Shown: positions 20,077-30,628 of the stretch, piece by piece
Position numbering within the stretch: position 1 is the stretch's first letter
How the letters are laid out: each line of letters opens with the position of its first letter
From: an uncultured Gemmatimonadales bacterium
GTDB lineage: Bacteria; Gemmatimonadota; Gemmatimonadetes; Longimicrobiales; RSA9
Length of the DNA stretch: 64,000 nucleotides
Assembly (NCBI GenBank): GCA_963728445.1
Contig: CAVSJO010000006.1
Coordinates: forward strand, 1,279,138 to 1,343,137
Direction of reading: 5' to 3'
The notes under the pieces: generated by a model
Databases searched by the model: none
What the model was told of the DNA's origin: nothing
The model's input: the letters and a program-made list of their open reading frames with translations, nothing else
Program-made: the position numbers and the translations under genes

Positions 20077-22317
20077 GTGGGCGAGGATTCCTCGACGGGC
20101 GAGGCGGGTCGATCCGGGGACGCGGCTCGCACCGGCGACGTCGCTTACCCGACGCTCGCGGGCTCGAGCAGCCCCTTCCTGCGGCACGGCGCCGAGCAGC
20201 CGGTGCGCTGGATGCCGTGGGGGCCGGAGGCTCTCGAGCGGGCGCAGCGGGAGGACCGACCGATCCTGCTCGACATCGGCGCGGTGTGGTGCCACTGGTG
20301 CCACGTCATGGACCGGGAAAGCTACGAGGACGCCGGGACCGCTGCGTTGATCAACGAGCGCTTCGTGCCGGTGAAGGTGGACCGGGACGAGCGGCCCGAC
20401 GTCGACGCGCGCTACCAGCGCGCCGTGCAGACCCTGTCGGGCCAGGGCGGGTGGCCCCTGACGGCCTTTCTGACCCCTGACGGCCGCGCCTTCTACGGCG
20501 GGACGTATTTCCCGCCGACGGACGCGCAGGGGCGGCCGTCGTTCCGCCGTGTCCTCGCCGAGATCGCGCGGGTGTGGAGCGAGGACCGGGAGCGGGCGGT
20601 GAAGCAGGCGGACGAGGTGATCTCACGCGTCGTCGCCTCCGAAGCGGGGATGCGTCGCGCCGGCGAGCTCGACGACGCCCTCGTCGACGCCGCGCTCGAG
20701 GCCCTGGCCGACGACTTCGACTTCCGTCGCGGCGGCTTCGGCGGCGCGCCGAAGTTCCCGAACCCGGGCGGACTCGCGCTGCTCCTCGACCGTTACGTCG
20801 ACACCGGGGAGGAATGGATGCGGCGGGTCGTGGCCGAGTCCCTGACGGCCATGGGGAAGGGCGGCGTCTGCGATCAGCTCGGCGGCGGCTTCCACCGCTA
20901 CGCCACCGACGCCCGCTGGCTCGTGCCACACTTCGAGAAGATGGCCTACGACAACGGCCCCCTCCTCGAGGTCTACGCGCGGGCGGCGGACGTGCTGCGG
21001 GACGCCTCGGAAGCCGACGACTCTGCCGCCGTCGCCGGCTCCTCCTTCTTCGCGAACGTCGCCGACGGGATCCTCCGCTACTACGCCTCCGTGGCGCCGG
21101 ACCTGGTCGAGCGGGGCGGCTTTCCCGCCTCCCAGGACGCCGACATCGGCATGGACGACGACGGAGACTACTGGACGTGGACCGAGGCCGAGGTCCGGGA
21201 CGCCCTCGACGGGGACGAGACCCTGACGCGCGCCGCGCTGCTCCGCTACGGTTTCGACGACGCCGGCGCGCGCATGCACCTCGACCCGTCCCGTCACGTG
21301 CTCTTCCTGGCCCGCTCGTTCGAGGAGGTGGCGTCGGCGCTCGGCGATTCCGCCGCAGCCACCGACGCCGACCCACGCGACCTCTCCCGCGACGCCGTCG
21401 CGCGCATGCTGGGCGAGGCGGCGTGTCACCTGGTCGGCGCGCGCAACCGGCGGCCGCGCCCGTTCGTGGACGAGACGGTCTACGCCGACTGGACCTGCCT
21501 GGTGGCGTCCGGCCACCTGGCGGCTGCGCGGCACCTTCCGCGGCCCGCTGCGGCCGAGCCGGCGCTGCGGGCCCTCGAGCGCGTGTGGAGCGACGGCTTC
21601 GCGGAGGGGCTCGGAATCGCCCACCGGATCGGGGACGAAGAATCCGCGGCGGACCGCTTCCTCACGGACCAGGCGTTCGCCCTCCAGTCCTTCCTCGACG
21701 CCCTCGAGTGGACGCAGGACGGTCGCTGGCTCGAACGCGCGCGACTGCTGGCCGACGTGCTGATCGAACGCTTCGCCGCGCCGGACGGCGGCGGCTTCCT
21801 CGACCGGGCCCCGGGAGACGAGGCGACCGGGGCGCTGGCGCAGTCCCATCGGCCCGTCGCCGATTCCCCGGAGCCCGCCGGCAATCCGATGGCCGCGCTG
21901 GCGCTGCTCCGACTCGAAGCGTGGACGGGCGACGTCGCGTACGGCGACGCCGCACGCCGGACCCTCGCCGCGTTCGCCGGCTCCGCCCGACGGCTTGCCG
22001 CCGGCGCCGCCACGTACTTTCGGGCCGTCGACTGGGCGACCCGGCCGCTGACCACGGTGCTGGTCGTGGGCGAGGACGCGGACCCGCGCCAGGACTCTCT
22101 CCTGACAGCGGCCCTCCGGACGTATCGGCCCCGAACCGTCGTCCGGCGACTGCGCGTCGCCGCGGAGGCGCCCGCCTCCCTCGAGCCGGAGCTGCGCGCC
22201 ATGCTCACCGGAGAGGCGCCCCGGGCGTACGTCTGCGAAGGACGCGTGTGCAGGGCCCCGGTCGCCACGGCCGAGGAGCTGCGGACGGCGATGCAGGAGC
22301 AGCAGGCGCGGCGCTGA
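20077..22317 (+). CDS. Thioredoxin-domain protein, DUF255/YyaL family
   Basis: GSSSPFLRHGAEQPVRWMPW..ILLDIGAVWCHWCHVM N-terminus; the first in-frame start is GTG 3 nt after the nth stop. Confidence 0.8.
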   Translation: MGEDSSTGEAGRSGDAARTGDVAYPTLAGSSSPFLRHGAEQPVRWMPWGPEALERAQREDRPILLDIGAVWCHWCHVMDRESYEDAGTAALINERFVPVKVDRDERPDVDARYQRAVQTLSGQGGWPLTAFLTPDGRAFYGGTYFPPTDAQGRPSFRRVLAEIARVWSEDRERAVKQADEVISRVVASEAGMRRAGELDDALVDAALEALADDFDFRRGGFGGAPKFPNPGGLALLLDRYVDTGEEWMRRVVAESLTAMGKGGVCDQLGGGFHRYATDARWLVPHFEKMAYDNGPLLEVYARAADVLRDASEADDSAAVAGSSFFANVADGILRYYASVAPDLVERGGFPASQDADIGMDDDGDYWTWTEAEVRDALDGDETLTRAALLRYGFDDAGARMHLDPSRHVLFLARSFEEVASALGDSAAATDADPRDLSRDAVARMLGEAACHLVGARNRRPRPFVDETVYADWTCLVASGHLAAARHLPRPAAAEPALRALERVWSDGFAEGLGIAHRIGDEESAADRFLTDQAFALQSFLDALEWTQDGRWLERARLLADVLIERFAAPDGGGFLDRAPGDEATGALAQSHRPVADSPEPAGNPMAALALLRLEAWTGDVAYGDAARRTLAAFAGSARRLAAGAATYFRAVDWATRPLTTVLVVGEDADPRQDSLLTAALRTYRPRTVVRRLRVAAEAPASLEPELRAMLTGEAPRAYVCEGRVCRAPVATAEELRTAMQEQQARR

Positions 22318-22398
22318 CACCCTTTCGGCAGCAGGCGTGGATCTTGCCCTAACTAATTGTCCGCCAATGAGTTATCAGGACAACGAGAAGGGGCTGAA

Positions 22399-22968
22399 AT
22401 GGCTGACAGGCTGAAGGGTAAACGGATCGCGATCCTCGTCGACAACGGCTTCGAGCAGGTGGAAATGACGGAGCCGCGCAAGGCCCTGCGCGAGGCGAGC
22501 GCCGAGACCGTGCTCGTCTCTCCGCAGGAGGGGCGCGTGAAGGGCTGGAATCATACGGAGTGGGGCGACGAGTTCGACGTCGACATGCGGCTCGACGACG
22601 CCCGCGCCGACACGTTCGATGGCCTGCTGCTGCCCGGCGGGGTCATGAACCCGGACCACCTGCGCATGAACGAGAAGGCGGTGAGCTTCGCCCGCTCGTT
22701 CGTCGAGGCGGGGAAGCCGGTGGCCGCGATCTGCCATGGTCCGTGGCTGCTCGTGGAGAGCGGCGTCGTGGAGGGTAGGACGCTGACGTCCTGGCCGTCT
22801 CTCCAGACGGACATCCGGAATGCCGGCGCGACGTGGGTGGATCGCGAGGTCGTGACGGACCACGGACTCGTGACGAGCCGCAACCCGGACGACATCCCCG
22901 CGTTCAACGGCAAGATGGTCGAGGAGTTCGCGGAAGGCGTGCACGAGGAGCAGCGCCGCAGCGCCTGA
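22399..22968 (+). CDS. DJ-1/PfpI family protein
   Basis: RBS GAGAAGGGG; AICHGPWLL nucleophile-elbow motif. Confidence 0.85.
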   Translation: MADRLKGKRIAILVDNGFEQVEMTEPRKALREASAETVLVSPQEGRVKGWNHTEWGDEFDVDMRLDDARADTFDGLLLPGGVMNPDHLRMNEKAVSFARSFVEAGKPVAAICHGPWLLVESGVVEGRTLTSWPSLQTDIRNAGATWVDREVVTDHGLVTSRNPDDIPAFNGKMVEEFAEGVHEEQRRSA

Positions 22969-22989
22969 TTCCTGGGGGCGCGCCGCGGT

Positions 22990-24069
22990 TCAGGCGCCTT
23001 TTCGCGCCAGCAGGAATTCCGGCCCGGGACCCGCAAACAACCCGAGGTGCTCCTCGGGCACGCCGGCGTCCCGGGCCGCCTGCTCTACGGGGCGTGGCTC
23101 GACGCGTACGTCCTCGAAGCCGGCCCGCCTTCCCAGCTCCGCAAGCTCGTGGGCGGAGTAGAAGTTCATCCGGGAAGCCATCGGCTCCGGCGCGGCGGGC
23201 GTGCCGCGCATGGCCGGGTCGCTTCCGAGGACCATGATCCTCCCTCCCGGCCGGAGCACGCGACGCATCTCGGACAGCGCGGCGACGGGGCTCTCCAGGA
23301 AACCGAGAACTCCGTGCATGGTGGCGCAGGTGAAGTAGTCGTCGGGAAAGGGGATCGAGTCGGCCGTGCCGAGCCGCACGTCCAGGCGTCCGGCGGCGAC
23401 GGCGTCGTCGTTCGTTTCGCGGGCGAGCCGGACCATCTCCGGACTGTGATCGACGCCCGCGGCAAGGCAGCCGCGGGCGAGGGCGTCGCGGAGGAAGGCT
23501 CCGCCGCCGCAGCCGACGTCCAGGAGGTGATCGCCGGGTCCCGGCTGCAGCTCGGCGAGCATGGCCGCGAACGTCGGCCGGTGGTAGAGCGGGTCCGCGT
23601 ACGTGGCCCGGGACTCTGCGCCGGACGGCCGGCGCGCCCGACGATCGGTGATCCAGTCACCGATGGCGAGGGGGGACGTCGCCCGCAGGAACGGCGCGGC
23701 GAGCTCCGCCGCGAACCAGCCGACCGCTTCGCGGCCCGATCCGAGGACGGCTACCCAGCCGCGCTGCTCGAGCGTGAGGCGGGAGCCTCCGTCCTTCGGC
23801 TCGACGCGAATGCGCAGCTCGCCCTCGCGCTCGGGCTCCCAGGGGACCGCCCGCCAGCGCAGCACGGCGCCCGAGCCGGATCGCAGCTCCGCCACCGTAC
23901 CGACTTCGGTGCCGTCGGCAGTGACGCGCCCGCCCTCCCACAACTCGATAACCATCCCCGCCCGCTCGAGGGACGTCTCCAGCTCGTCGAGGAGGGCGCC
24001 CAGCGCTTCCGACGGGCCGAGCGGCAGCTCGACGCCAACCTCCACCGCGATCTGTACGTCCTCCGACAT
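22990..24069 (-). CDS. Class I SAM-dependent methyltransferase with N-terminal SRPBCC/AHSA1-like domain
   Basis: Internal ATG (MSEDVQIAV); motif I LLDVGCGGGAF; motif post-I and motif II present. Confidence 0.7.
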   Translation of the reverse strand: MSEDVQIAVEVGVELPLGPSEALGALLDELETSLERAGMVIELWEGGRVTADGTEVGTVAELRSGSGAVLRWRAVPWEPEREGELRIRVEPKDGGSRLTLEQRGWVAVLGSGREAVGWFAAELAAPFLRATSPLAIGDWITDRRARRPSGAESRATYADPLYHRPTFAAMLAELQPGPGDHLLDVGCGGGAFLRDALARGCLAAGVDHSPEMVRLARETNDDAVAAGRLDVRLGTADSIPFPDDYFTCATMHGVLGFLESPVAALSEMRRVLRPGGRIMVLGSDPAMRGTPAAPEPMASRMNFYSAHELAELGRRAGFEDVRVEPRPVEQAARDAGVPEEHLGLFAGPGPEFLLARKGA

Positions 24070-24226
24070 CGGCTCCTCCGCGTTCGACCCGGACCATGCC
24101 CCACGCACGGCTGCGAATATGCGCGGCTGCCGAAAGCTTCGGCAACGAGGACAGGCACACTTGACCTGCCCCCGACCCGGGCCCAAGCTCCTGCGGTGCG
24201 CAGGAGGAGCCCTCGGGATCGGGAGA

Positions 24227-24790
24227 ATGGCCGTGCCGTCGAGAGAGGAAGCGCTGGCGCTGCTGGATGAGTGGGTCGAGAGCGAATCGCTGAAGGGACA
24301 CATGCGGGCCGTGGAGGCGGCGGTGCGCGGGTACGCTCGGCGGTTCGGCGAGGATGAGGACGCGTGGGGGCTCGCCGGCCTGCTGCACGACCTCGACTGG
24401 GAGAAGTACCCGGACGAGCACCCGCTGAAGGCGGTGGACGAGCTCCGCTCCCGCGGCTACCCGGAGCCGATTCTGCACGCGATCCTGGCGCACCGCGCCG
24501 ACTTCACCGGCGTGCAGCCGGAGACGAAGCTCGACCGGACGCTCCTGGCCTGCGACGAGATCACGGGCATGATCACCGCCACGTCCCTCGTACGTCCGAC
24601 CGGCATCGACGACCTGAAGCCCAAGTCGGTGAAGAAGAAGCTGAAGGACCACACGTTCGCGGCGGGTGTCAACCGCGACGAGGTCCGGCACGGCGCCGAG
24701 TTGCTGGGCGTCGATTTCGACGAGCACCTGCGCAACGTCATCGAGTCGATGCAGGGCATCAAGCACGAGCTGGGGCTGAGCCGGGAATAG
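24227..24790 (+). CDS. HD-domain phosphohydrolase
   Basis: GGGAG RBS; the H..HD pair (HMRAVE..LLHDLDW). Confidence 0.75.
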   Translation: MAVPSREEALALLDEWVESESLKGHMRAVEAAVRGYARRFGEDEDAWGLAGLLHDLDWEKYPDEHPLKAVDELRSRGYPEPILHAILAHRADFTGVQPETKLDRTLLACDEITGMITATSLVRPTGIDDLKPKSVKKKLKDHTFAAGVNRDEVRHGAELLGVDFDEHLRNVIESMQGIKHELGLSRE

Positions 24791-24939
24791 GAGCCCGGCG
24801 GAGCAGCGGCGAGCCGCGGCGCCCTGGCGGAGTGACCGTGACGCCGGGCCCGAGAGATGTGGCGGGTGTTCCTCGGGCCCGGCGTCGAGAGTGGTCGGTC
24901 GGAGGCCGGTCAGTCCAAGACCGGTCACTCGGAGGCCGG

Positions 24940-25992
24940 TCAGTCCGTGGCCGGTGCCGCGGGCGCGGCCTGTCCGGGCAGCACCGGCTCGTTGATGTAG
25001 TCGAAGGGCACCGGCCCCGTCAGCGAGCGGAGCCACGCGGTGATGTCGCCCACCTGTTCGTCGCTGAGCTCCATGCCGAGCTGGTAGCGACCCATCACGC
25101 GGACGGCGTCTTCCAGGCGCTGGACCGAGCCGTCGTGGAAGTACGGCCAGGTCTCCTGCACGTTTCGCAGGGACGGCACCTTGAAGACCTGCCGGTCGGC
25201 CGCGTCGCCGGTGACGGCTGCACGGCCTTCGTCGCCGCTCGAGAACCACGGTCTCACGAGCCCGGCCTTCCGGTACACGCTGCCGCCGACGTAGGCGCCC
25301 GTGTGGCAGCTCCCGCAGCCGGCGCGGGCGAACGTTTCGAAGCCCTTCTGTTCGCGCGCGGTGAGTGCCGCGTGGTTGCCCCGCAGGTAGTCGTCCCAGC
25401 GCGAGGGTGTCACGAGTCCCCGCTCGAAGGCCCCGATGGCGCGCCCGAAGTTCTCGAACGTGATCGGCTCGGCCTCACCGGGGAACGCGGCGCGGAAGGC
25501 GTCGCCGTAGCCCGGGATGCCTCGAATCATCGTCACCACCCCGTCTCCGCTCGCCATCCCCATCTCGATCGGGTTCAGAACGGGTCCGAGCGCCTGGGCC
25601 TCGACGTCGGGTGCGCGTCCATCCCAGAACTGCGCGACGTGGCCGGCCGCGTTGTAGACGCTCGGCTCGTTGCGCCCGCCGATCGCGCCGTCGTGACCCA
25701 CGCCGGTGCGCCGGTGGCTCGTGCCGTAGTCGTGCAGCGGGTGACAGACGTAGCAGGACACGTCCCCGCTCGCCGAGAACCGCGTGTCGTAGTAGAGCAT
25801 CCGCCCCAGCGCCACCTTCTCGCGCGTGGCCGGGTCGTCGTTCGACGCCATGGTCGCGGGCAGCGGCGCGAAGCCGGCAAGCAGTGCCGGCTCGATGCCT
25901 CCGTCCGCGGCCGTCGCAGGGCGCCGCGTGTCGGAGCTGCACGCGCCGACGATCAAGAGCAGCGCAGCCATCCCGACGGGGGTCGTTCTCAT
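24940..25992 (-). CDS. Di-heme cytochrome c peroxidase
   Basis: Two CxxCH motifs (CYVCH, CGSCH); lipoprotein signal; CCP/MauG family pattern. Confidence 0.85.
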   Translation of the reverse strand: MRTTPVGMAALLLIVGACSSDTRRPATAADGGIEPALLAGFAPLPATMASNDDPATREKVALGRMLYYDTRFSASGDVSCYVCHPLHDYGTSHRRTGVGHDGAIGGRNEPSVYNAAGHVAQFWDGRAPDVEAQALGPVLNPIEMGMASGDGVVTMIRGIPGYGDAFRAAFPGEAEPITFENFGRAIGAFERGLVTPSRWDDYLRGNHAALTAREQKGFETFARAGCGSCHTGAYVGGSVYRKAGLVRPWFSSGDEGRAAVTGDAADRQVFKVPSLRNVQETWPYFHDGSVQRLEDAVRVMGRYQLGMELSDEQVGDITAWLRSLTGPVPFDYINEPVLPGQAAPAAPATD

Positions 25993-26021
25993 CTCGTGGC
26001 TCCTTTCAGGTCAGGTCGGAC

Positions 26022-26537
26022 TCAATCCTCATTGCGTTCGCCGGTCGGTCTGGCGGGGGCCTCGGTCTGACCGCCGCCGCTCGCGGGGGTCACGTACGCG
26101 CTGGCCGCACCGTACCGATAGACCAGCTCGCCCCCGGCCTTGCCCACCTGGACGCCGGCTCCGATCAGCCCGACCGCGCCCAGCACCGTGACGAACCGGG
26201 CCGACGTACCGACCGTGCCGTTTGCGAAGCCGACCAGCGTGACCAGAAGCAGCACGCCCGAGAGGACGAGGAACTGCTCCGCGGCCTCTTCATGCTGCTC
26301 CAGCACGTTCTCGCTCACGACGCCTTCCACGCGCTCTTCCTGGGCCTGGCCGGTCCGCAGCGCGATAAAGGCGCTCACAAGGAGCGCGGCGGCGAACGCG
26401 ACCGGCACCGCCCAGGCCATGCGCGGTCGCGCGCCGCGGCGGATTGCCCACCACGCGGCGGCGGCGGAGATTGGCAGGAGCACCACGAGCACCATCGGGA
26501 AATGGACCAGCATGGGATGGAGCGGGACCGTGTTCAT
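26022..26537 (-). CDS. DUF2231 membrane protein
   Basis: MNTVPLHPMLVHFP N-terminus; 4 TM helices; downstream of CCP, an arrangement I recall from other genomes. Confidence 0.6.
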   Translation of the reverse strand: MNTVPLHPMLVHFPMVLVVLLPISAAAAWWAIRRGARPRMAWAVPVAFAAALLVSAFIALRTGQAQEERVEGVVSENVLEQHEEAAEQFLVLSGVLLLVTLVGFANGTVGTSARFVTVLGAVGLIGAGVQVGKAGGELVYRYGAASAYVTPASGGGQTEAPARPTGERNED

Positions 26538-26651
26538 CGGGGTAGTCCTCTTCTCGGGTTGGTCTTACGATGACATCGGCCGGCCCCGGCAGGTATCCGT
26601 CATCCGTCGCGGCCGGCGTCCAGCCGCGCCGATTGACGGCGCATCCGACAC

Positions 26652-27200
26652 ATGACGGAGTCGTTTTCGATGCAGGAAGACCCCGAACAGGGGCTCCGGC
26701 CCCTCCTCGTTCTGGCCGTGCTCTCCGTCCTCATCGGCGGCGCCATCGACCTCGCCCTCGACCGACCGAAGGACTGGCTCACGTTCCACGCGATCTTCGA
26801 GACCCTCATGGTCGCCGGCGCCATGGTGATGGCGGTGACCCTGTGGCTCGGCTGGCGAAACGCCGCCCAGCGGGCGTCCGAGCTGATGCACCGTCTGGAT
26901 GAGCGGAGCGCGGAGCGGGACGCCTGGCGTCAGAGAGCCAGGCGGTCGCTGGAAGGACTCGGTGAGGCGGTGGACGATCAGTTCAGGGAGTGGGGGCTGA
27001 CGCCCGCCGAGCGCGAGGTCGCGCTCCTGCTGCTGAAGGGCTACAGCCACAAGCGCGTAGCGAAGGCGACCGACCGCAGCGAGCGCACCGCGCGGCAGCA
27101 CGCCGTAGCGGTCTATCAGAAGGCTGGGCTTTCGGGGCGCGCCGAGCTGGCCGCCTTCTTCCTCGAGGACCTGGTGCTTCCGGAGGCGGAGCCCGAATGA
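26652..27200 (+). CDS. LuxR-family transcriptional regulator with N-terminal TM segments
   Basis: C-terminal HTH LTPAEREVALLLLKGYSHKRVA..TVKTH-like GerE/LuxR pattern. Confidence 0.65.
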   Translation: MTESFSMQEDPEQGLRPLLVLAVLSVLIGGAIDLALDRPKDWLTFHAIFETLMVAGAMVMAVTLWLGWRNAAQRASELMHRLDERSAERDAWRQRARRSLEGLGEAVDDQFREWGLTPAEREVALLLLKGYSHKRVAKATDRSERTARQHAVAVYQKAGLSGRAELAAFFLEDLVLPEAEPE

Positions 27201-27219
27201 CGGCCCGCGGCGACGTCGC

Positions 27220-27771
27220 CTACCAGAAGACCTTTCGCAGGCCCTCCGCCCCCTGCCGGCGCATGCTCCAGTAGATCCACAGGCCGGAACCCGCCATCAG
27301 CAGGAGACACAGGCCCCAGAGCATGGCGAAGACCAGGCCCCCGTCCCCGAACGCCTCCCCGCTGTGGAGACGGTACAGGAACGGCTTGTCCGAGTAGTCC
27401 TCCACGGACACCACCCGCCCGCTGTTGCTGTCCACCACGAACTTCCGGTCCTCGCCGCCCGTCGGCTTCCCCGTGAAGATCATGATGCGGGGCGCGTCGC
27501 CCTTGAACTCCATCTCCAACCGGTCCACGTGGGCGCCGGGCGCCTGCTCGTCCACTGCGGCGAAGGCCCGGGCGAGGGGCTCCTGCCAGTCGCTCTGCGC
27601 CGCGTCCACCTTCATGGGGCTCACCAGGTCGCGCGTCGCCTCCCGCAGCCGCTCCTCCGCGCCGAAGAACTCCGTGAACGCGACGAGGAAGCCCGTCGCC
27701 GCGGCCCATATCAGAAACAGGCCCGCCGCCATGCCGATCCAGCGGTGCCACTTCCGGAACGTCCGGACCAT
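27220..27771 (-). CDS. PepSY-associated TM / PepSY domain protein
   Basis: Start MVRTFRKWHRWIGM is typical of PepSY_TM; C-terminal TM helix. Confidence 0.55.
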   Translation of the reverse strand: MVRTFRKWHRWIGMAAGLFLIWAAATGFLVAFTEFFGAEERLREATRDLVSPMKVDAAQSDWQEPLARAFAAVDEQAPGAHVDRLEMEFKGDAPRIMIFTGKPTGGEDRKFVVDSNSGRVVSVEDYSDKPFLYRLHSGEAFGDGGLVFAMLWGLCLLLMAGSGLWIYWSMRRQGAEGLRKVFW

Positions 27772-28110
27772 CCACGTGTGGGTCCACGGTCGCGGCCGCG
27801 CCGGTGGGCGGGTCCGGTCTCGTTGCGGGGGCCGGGATGGGCGCGCCGGGCGCGCGTTCTCGTCCGACCTGCGGCTTGCCATCGCACCTCTGCGGTGGAG
27901 TCCAAGGGGAAGGAGGACGCGCAGGTTAATGCACGGGTGGAGTGGACGTCAACGGGACGGCGGTGGGCGAGGGGGGAGGTCGTGAGCGGCGTGGCCGGTT
28001 CTTGCTCCATGCACCTTGCTCCGCTGACGTCCGTTCGTCCATGTTGTAGTCGCTCCCGTCACACAATCCCGACGATCACGCGGCGCTCCAGCACCGCCGC
28101 GATACAGGCT

Positions 28111-29433
28111 ATGCCCGAATCCCCGATCCAGCGCTTCATCCGCGAGCTCCGGCGCCGGCGCGTCTTCCGCGTCGCCGGGACGTACGTCGGAGGTGCGTTC
28201 GTGATCCTGGAGGGTGCACAGCTGACGCTGGAGCCGCTGGGCGCGCCGGCGTGGGTCAACACCGTGCTCGTCGTCCTTGCCATCCTCGGACTGCCCGTCG
28301 CCGTGGCGCTGGCGTGGGCCTTCGACTGGACACCCGAGGGCATTCGCCGGGAGCTGCCGACGGACGCCGACCCCTCTGCCGGCGGGCAGCCGACACGGTC
28401 GGACGCGGTCGCGAGGACGGCCTCGACGCCGCCGCGCGGGCGCGCCACGCTGTGGGTCGCGCTGGCCGGCGTCGCCGTCCTCGTCATCGGGGGCGGCGTC
28501 TTCGCTGCGGCGCGACGCGGCGCGTCCCCGTCGGCCGACCCCCAGGCCCTCGCCGTCCTGCCCTTCGCGGTCCGCGGCGGCACTTCCGTGACCTACCTGC
28601 GGGAGGGGCTCGTCGACCTCCTCAGTCGGAACTTCGACGGGGCGTCGAACCTCCGCTCGGTTGCGCCGGGCATGGTGCTCACCGCGACCAAGGGCGACGA
28701 CGACCCCATCGATCCCGGCCAGGGTCGCGAGCTCGCCGCCCGTCTGGGCGCCCGCCTCTTCCTCATCGGCAGCGTCTACGAGACCTCCGGCCGACTGCGC
28801 ATCGACGCCTCGCTCTACGACCAGAGCGACACCGCCTCGCAGGCGGTCGGAAGCGCGCAGGTCGAAGGGGACACCACCCAGCTCTTCTCCCTCGTCGACC
28901 AGCTCTCCGCAAAGCTGATGGCGACCCTGCGGGAGGGGCACGGCGCCGAGCTCGCCCAGACGGCCGCCGTTACGACCCGCTCGCTGCCGGCACTGAAGGC
29001 CTACCTCACGGGGGAGCAGTCGCTGCGCGCCGCGCACTATGACAGCGCCATGGCCGGGTTCCAGAGGGCCGTGGATCTCGACACGACGTTCGCGCTGGCC
29101 TACTACCGCCTCGCCGTCGCAGCGTCGGCCCGCAACCGGCCGGCCCTCGCCCACCGCGCTGCGGAGCGCGCCGTCGCCCTGAGCGACCATCTGGGCGACC
29201 GGGAGCGCCGGCTGCTGCTGGCGTTCGACGCGCCGCTCCACGGACGCATGGGGGAGGGGGAGCGCCGCTACCGGGAGCTTCTGCGGGACTACCCGGGCGA
29301 CATGGAGGCCGCCTACCAGATGGCGGAGATGCTCGTCGTCGCCGCACCGGCGCAGGGGCGGTCGCTCGATGAGGCGCGACAGCTGCTGCGCAAGGTGCTG
29401 GAGGACGATCCGAAGTTCATCTGCCCGATATGA
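28111..29433 (+). CDS. TPR-repeat membrane-anchored protein, N-terminal part; terminated by an in-frame TGA
   Basis: RRRVFRVAGTYVGGAFVILEGAQL anchor motif followed by TPR-like helices; TGA at 29431. Confidence 0.6.
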   Translation: MPESPIQRFIRELRRRRVFRVAGTYVGGAFVILEGAQLTLEPLGAPAWVNTVLVVLAILGLPVAVALAWAFDWTPEGIRRELPTDADPSAGGQPTRSDAVARTASTPPRGRATLWVALAGVAVLVIGGGVFAAARRGASPSADPQALAVLPFAVRGGTSVTYLREGLVDLLSRNFDGASNLRSVAPGMVLTATKGDDDPIDPGQGRELAARLGARLFLIGSVYETSGRLRIDASLYDQSDTASQAVGSAQVEGDTTQLFSLVDQLSAKLMATLREGHGAELAQTAAVTTRSLPALKAYLTGEQSLRAAHYDSAMAGFQRAVDLDTTFALAYYRLAVAASARNRPALAHRAAERAVALSDHLGDRERRLLLAFDAPLHGRMGEGERRYRELLRDYPGDMEAAYQMAEMLVVAAPAQGRSLDEARQLLRKVLEDDPKFICPI

Positions 29434-30498
29434 ACGCTGACGACGCTCGCGGTCGGCGAGCAGGACTTCCAGGACGCGGCTCAGCTCTACGAGCGCGCAG
29501 GCGACACCGCCCAGGCCATGCCCCTGGCGGTCGTGGACACCATGGCGCACGGCGACTCCGCTGCGGCGGCGGCCGCCGTCGATCGCCTGCTGGCGACCGG
29601 CGCGGACGGGCAGATCTTCGCAGCGGTCTATCCCGTCCAGCTCACGGAGGACCTGCCGGACGCGATCCGGCTCGCCAGTTGGGCGACGGACCCGAGGCTT
29701 GCCGTGAACCAGCGGGTCTTCGGCTACGGCGTGCTCGGGGACCTGGCGCTCGAGGGGGGGCGGTGGCAGGCGGCGAAGGGGTACATCGAGAAGTCGGCCG
29801 CGCTGGATCCAGGCTCGGAGTCGGAGCTCGTCTCCGCCGCACTGCTGCCCTACATCCAGGTCCCGCGCGAGGATCTGCTCGCGTTCCGTCGCCGCGTGGC
29901 GCAGTGGGACACCGTGCCGGCGCCGGGGGCGACGACGCCGGCGGAGCTGCTGCGGCCCCACGTACGCCTGTACCTGCTCGGCGCCCTGGATTCCCGCCTC
30001 GGTGACCAGGACGAAGCCCTGCGCGCGGCCCAGCGCCTCGACGCCCTACCGGCCCCGGCTGACTACGCGAGCACCGTGCGGGGCCTTGCACGGGAGCTGC
30101 GCGCGCAGGTAGCCGTCCGGAACGGGGACCTCGAGCAGGCCCTGGCGATGATCCGGCCGGGCGTGGACAGCCTCTCCCCGCCGATGGCGCCGAACACCGT
30201 GCTGAACCTCGAGCTGGGTCGCTACTGGAAGGCGGAGATCCTGTTCCAGCTCGGCCGGGATCGGGACGCGCTGGACTGGTTCCGCAACGCTCTCAAGTTG
30301 ACGAACCACGAGCCGGCGTTCATCCCCATCATCCACCTTCGCTGTGGCCAGATCTACGACAGGCTGGGCCAGCGCGAGCAGGCGGCGGAGGAGTACGCCC
30401 GCTTCATCCACCTGTGGCGGGATGCCGATCCCGCGCAGCAGGCGCTGGTGGCCTACGCACGGGACCGGCTGGCCCACCTCGGCGGCGACCGGGGATAG
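29434..30498 (+). pseudogene. Continuation of the same TPR protein in the same frame after TGA (first ATG at 29518); disrupted gene or read-through
   Basis: The same reading frame continues with TPR-like sequence immediately after the stop; 29518 is 28 codons downstream in frame. Confidence 0.5.
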
Positions 30499-30628
30499 CG
30501 GCTCAGCGTCGCGGCGCGCGGTGCTGATCGGCCGCTCCGCCCACCCGTCTTGTCCCGCACGGTTCGGCGCGCGAACTTCAGAGTGCGGAGGGTTTCCCGC
30601 GCGCCTTCCCCGAACCCCCGTGCACCGG

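Noticed and set aside
22990-24303. Full 437-aa methyltransferase ORF starting at 24303
   Set aside because: The N-terminal 78 residues are Ser/Arg-rich junk that overlaps the HD gene promoter. The internal ATG at 24069 gives a sensible domain start.
24897-24945. 18-bp direct repeat TCGGAGGCCGGTCAGTCC x2 at the CCP 3' end
   Set aside because: It is short, the second copy overlaps the stop codon, and it is probably a local duplication without functional implication.
29431-29433. Selenocysteine codon
   Set aside because: I see no obvious SECIS-like stem-loop within 50 nt downstream, no redox-motif context, and TPR proteins are not selenoproteins. It is kept as a finding only as a disrupted gene or read-through.
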